Shown here: in pieces, positions 60,970 through 64,000 of the stretch
How the letters are laid out: every line of letters starts with the position of its first letter
Position numbering within the stretch: the first letter of the stretch is position 1
Source of the DNA: the human T2T-CHM13v2.0 reference genome, Homo sapiens
DNA: 64,000 nucleotides
Reading direction: 5' to 3' (one strand)
Assembly: GCF_009914755.1 (NCBI RefSeq)
Contig: NC_060939.1
The notes under the pieces: model-generated
Told to the model about the DNA's origin: nothing
The model's input: the letters and a program-made list of their open reading frames with translations, nothing else
Databases searched by the model: none
Translations under genes and position numbers: made by a program

Positions 60970-61923
60970 CATTTCCCTTCTTCCCCTCCGACATTGCATT
61001 CGCCAGCCTACAAAGGGAGGCCTCCCTCACTGAGTGCTCACAGTGAGCTGCTGCTCCCCTCTCTTTGCCCTCCCGCACATCAGTCACTCCGGCAGGGACT
61101 GTACAGCTCTCCTTCATCTCGCTCTGTGTGTCTGTAAGCGCAGAATGATGAAAAGAAGGAGCTGCAGCAGGGCTCCGGATGGCCTTGTGCTTGGGAGCCC
61201 TGCAGAGGAAAGCTGCTGCCAGGAGAGCAATGGCAGCACCAAAACGCTCCAGCAGCAGGGGCCACTCATGCCTGTACTCAGCCAGCCAGGCCTGCAGGGC
61301 GAATGGAGTGGCTGCAAAGACCTTGGAGCTGTGGGCCCAAAACTGCTTCTTCTCACTATCCTGAGGGATACGCCCCTTTCAGAGAGGGCAACTGACTGTG
61401 TGGTGTTTATGGAAGGAGTTGGGGGGAGGGCAGGCCAGTGTGCCCCCCTGGGAATGAACTAGAAAACTCACTGCTGCATCTTTAGTTGACACCTCCAGGA
61501 AGAAAAAAAAACAAATCATTAGCACAGACAATAAAAGCAGGAGCTTTTATTTTAAAAATCATTGAAATCAAGACTTCAAGTCATGCTAGTGCTAAGTCCC
61601 AGGGCAGGGTACTTTGCTTTCTAGGTCTTCCTTTCCTTGCATAAGGTCTCACACGTCATCTGGAAAACCTCAGTTCCATTTTGTGGTCCCTGGGAAACCA
61701 TGAAGGGCTTAACGAAGGGGAGTGACACAGGCTGGCAGACACTTTACATACCACCCACGGCATCTGTGTGTGTGTGGAGAACGGATTGGAGAAGAGCCAG
61801 CTTTTTGGCACACAGATCTGTTAGGAGGCTACTATATGAGATGCCAGGCAAGGACCTGCCCTAGAATGGTGGCTCAAGGCAGAGAGAAGACAGGGGCAGC
61901 TGCATACAAATAAAATGAGTCAC

Positions 61924-62331
<408 letters not shown>

Positions 62332-62756
62332 CTAGAATGGGTAGGCGGTGGTGTCATCAACTGAGACAGAAAATACAAAGGGACAAGAAGATGAGGTTGA
62401 AGGAATGTAAGTCATGTGATACCTAATTAGAGAAGAAAGATAATGTCCACACAGACTACAGTTGGCTGGAACAAAGGAGGATTTGGGAGTCAGAGAGGTT
62501 TGGGTTCAAGTCCTAGCTCATTACTTAAGGTGTGGAAGCCTTGGCCTCGCTTTAAAAACCTTTTTTAAAAAAACTCTTTTGAACTTTAAAAACTCTTAAA
62601 AAAAAAAAAGAGTAGGAAAACCTACTCTTGCCAGGACTGTTGTGAGGATAAGGACATACAGGTCCCACTCGATGAATGGTTACCATCATTGTTTACAGTA
62701 TTTTCTTTGGTATTATTCTGGATAGAACATCTTTGGTCACATTTCCAAAACTCTGC

Positions 62757-63260
62757 GGTGATGGTTCCTGATGGTTCCTTAGTCAACTCGGCTAGACCAC
62801 AGTACCCAGATATGTGGTCAAACACTAGTTTGGATGTTGCTGTGAAAGTATTTTTGTAGATGAGATTAAGTTTTAAGTAGACCTTGAACAAAGCAGATTA
62901 CCCTCCATAATGTAGTGGGCTGCAACCAGTCAGTGGAAAGAAGAGAAAATGACGGACCTGCTACAGGGAGGAGGGAATTCCACCTGCTGCCTCCCTTCAG
63001 GCTAAAGCTGCAGCCTCAGCTCTTCCCTCCATCTCCAGCCTGCGGGCCAGCACTGCAGACTTTCGAATTGCCCGTTCCCACAACTGCGTGAGCCAATTCT
63101 TTAAAATAAATAAATCTGTCTATATACATATACATACATATATAAAATTTATAACCTAGATATATATATACATCTGTGTATGCGTGTGTATATCTATCTA
63201 TATCTGCCTCTATATCTGTATATCTCCCATTGGTTATGTTTTTCTAAAGCACCCTAATAG
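62757..63260 (+). mobile_element. MLT2B-like (ERVL) solo LTR
   Basis: gtcaactcggctagaccacagtacccagatatgtggtcaaacactagt...gcagattaccctccataatg...cccattggttatgtt, with an internal TA-rich tract. Confidence 0.85.
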
Positions 63261-64000
63261 AACTTTATATTGTAGATTTTCCTTGCATCTATTGTGAATG
63301 CCTTTACTCCTCATAAAGCCAAAGCCGAGGCTATCTCAATGGTCATGATTCAGAGAGTGAGTTTTTGCTAATGAACCAAAAGATTGCACTGTTGTGGTCA
63401 ACACAGCAGAAGAACATTCTCATGGTACAGATAAAAAACTACCCAGCAAAATCCATACACTTCCGTCTGCAGTGCAGAACTGCCTCTGGGAAGTGCCTGT
63501 CCAGAGAGGCAGTGCCTGCCACAGGTTCCTAGATGGGCCTCATGACAGGCTCTCCTGAATGGCTTGAAAGGCAAGCAATGAATGTCAGTTTCAGGCCAAG
63601 AAAATTAAACTGCTAGGGTTCCTTTTCTGTTCTCTATTCCCTTTCACTGACTTGCCAGGTCCCTGAGCCCCTCTGTGAAGCCTGCCACAGGCCACGCCTG
63701 ACCTGGACAGGGGCCAGGGTAGCCTTGCCCTGAACTGAGCCACTGATAGTCAGGAGGTTGCTCCAGCAATTAGTGTCACCCTAATGATACCCTAACCTCC
63801 CTACATAAGGCAAGGAAGTCAGTCAAGCCACATGAACCCCTTCTCCTCTGCCTGGGGCTTGGGAAGAAATTAGTCCATGGAAGGTCAGTGCTGACCACCT
63901 CCCAGAGAGCAGACTGGCCCTGCTCCAACTATGCGGCAGGGCTGGGGAGCGAGCACTCTGAACATTCTACTCCTGTAGGTCCAGCTGCTGCTACATCCCC

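Overview
Primate (almost certainly human/ape) genomic DNA that is non-coding and rich in interspersed repeats. I read about 24 Alus, an apparently full-length old L1 (L1MD-like, ~3.9-15.3 kb) carrying nested insertions, and several other L1 fragments. There are also ten solo LTRs (MER4, MER21, MLT1, MLT2, MST, LTR16-like, LTR33), an orphan ERVL gag fragment, four Tigger-family DNA transposon remnants, MER5, MIR/L2 fragments and microsatellites. I found no protein-coding gene, RNA gene or CpG island that I can name. The ORF track is mostly Alu, L1 or chance ORFs. All ten LTRs and most L1 sequence lie on the + strand, which suggests a large intron of an unidentified minus-strand gene. I see no convincing new biological system. 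The best unexplained signals are a perfectly identical 112-bp non-tandem duplication (55274-55385 = 60810-60921) apparently pasted into a MIR by microhomology, a CpG-retaining non-repeat block with an RFX-like motif at ~24 kb, a ~160-codon open minus-strand frame at ~61 kb, and a few palindromes and repair scars. Repeat subfamily names come from my recollection of consensus sequences, and boundaries without a stated TSD are approximate.
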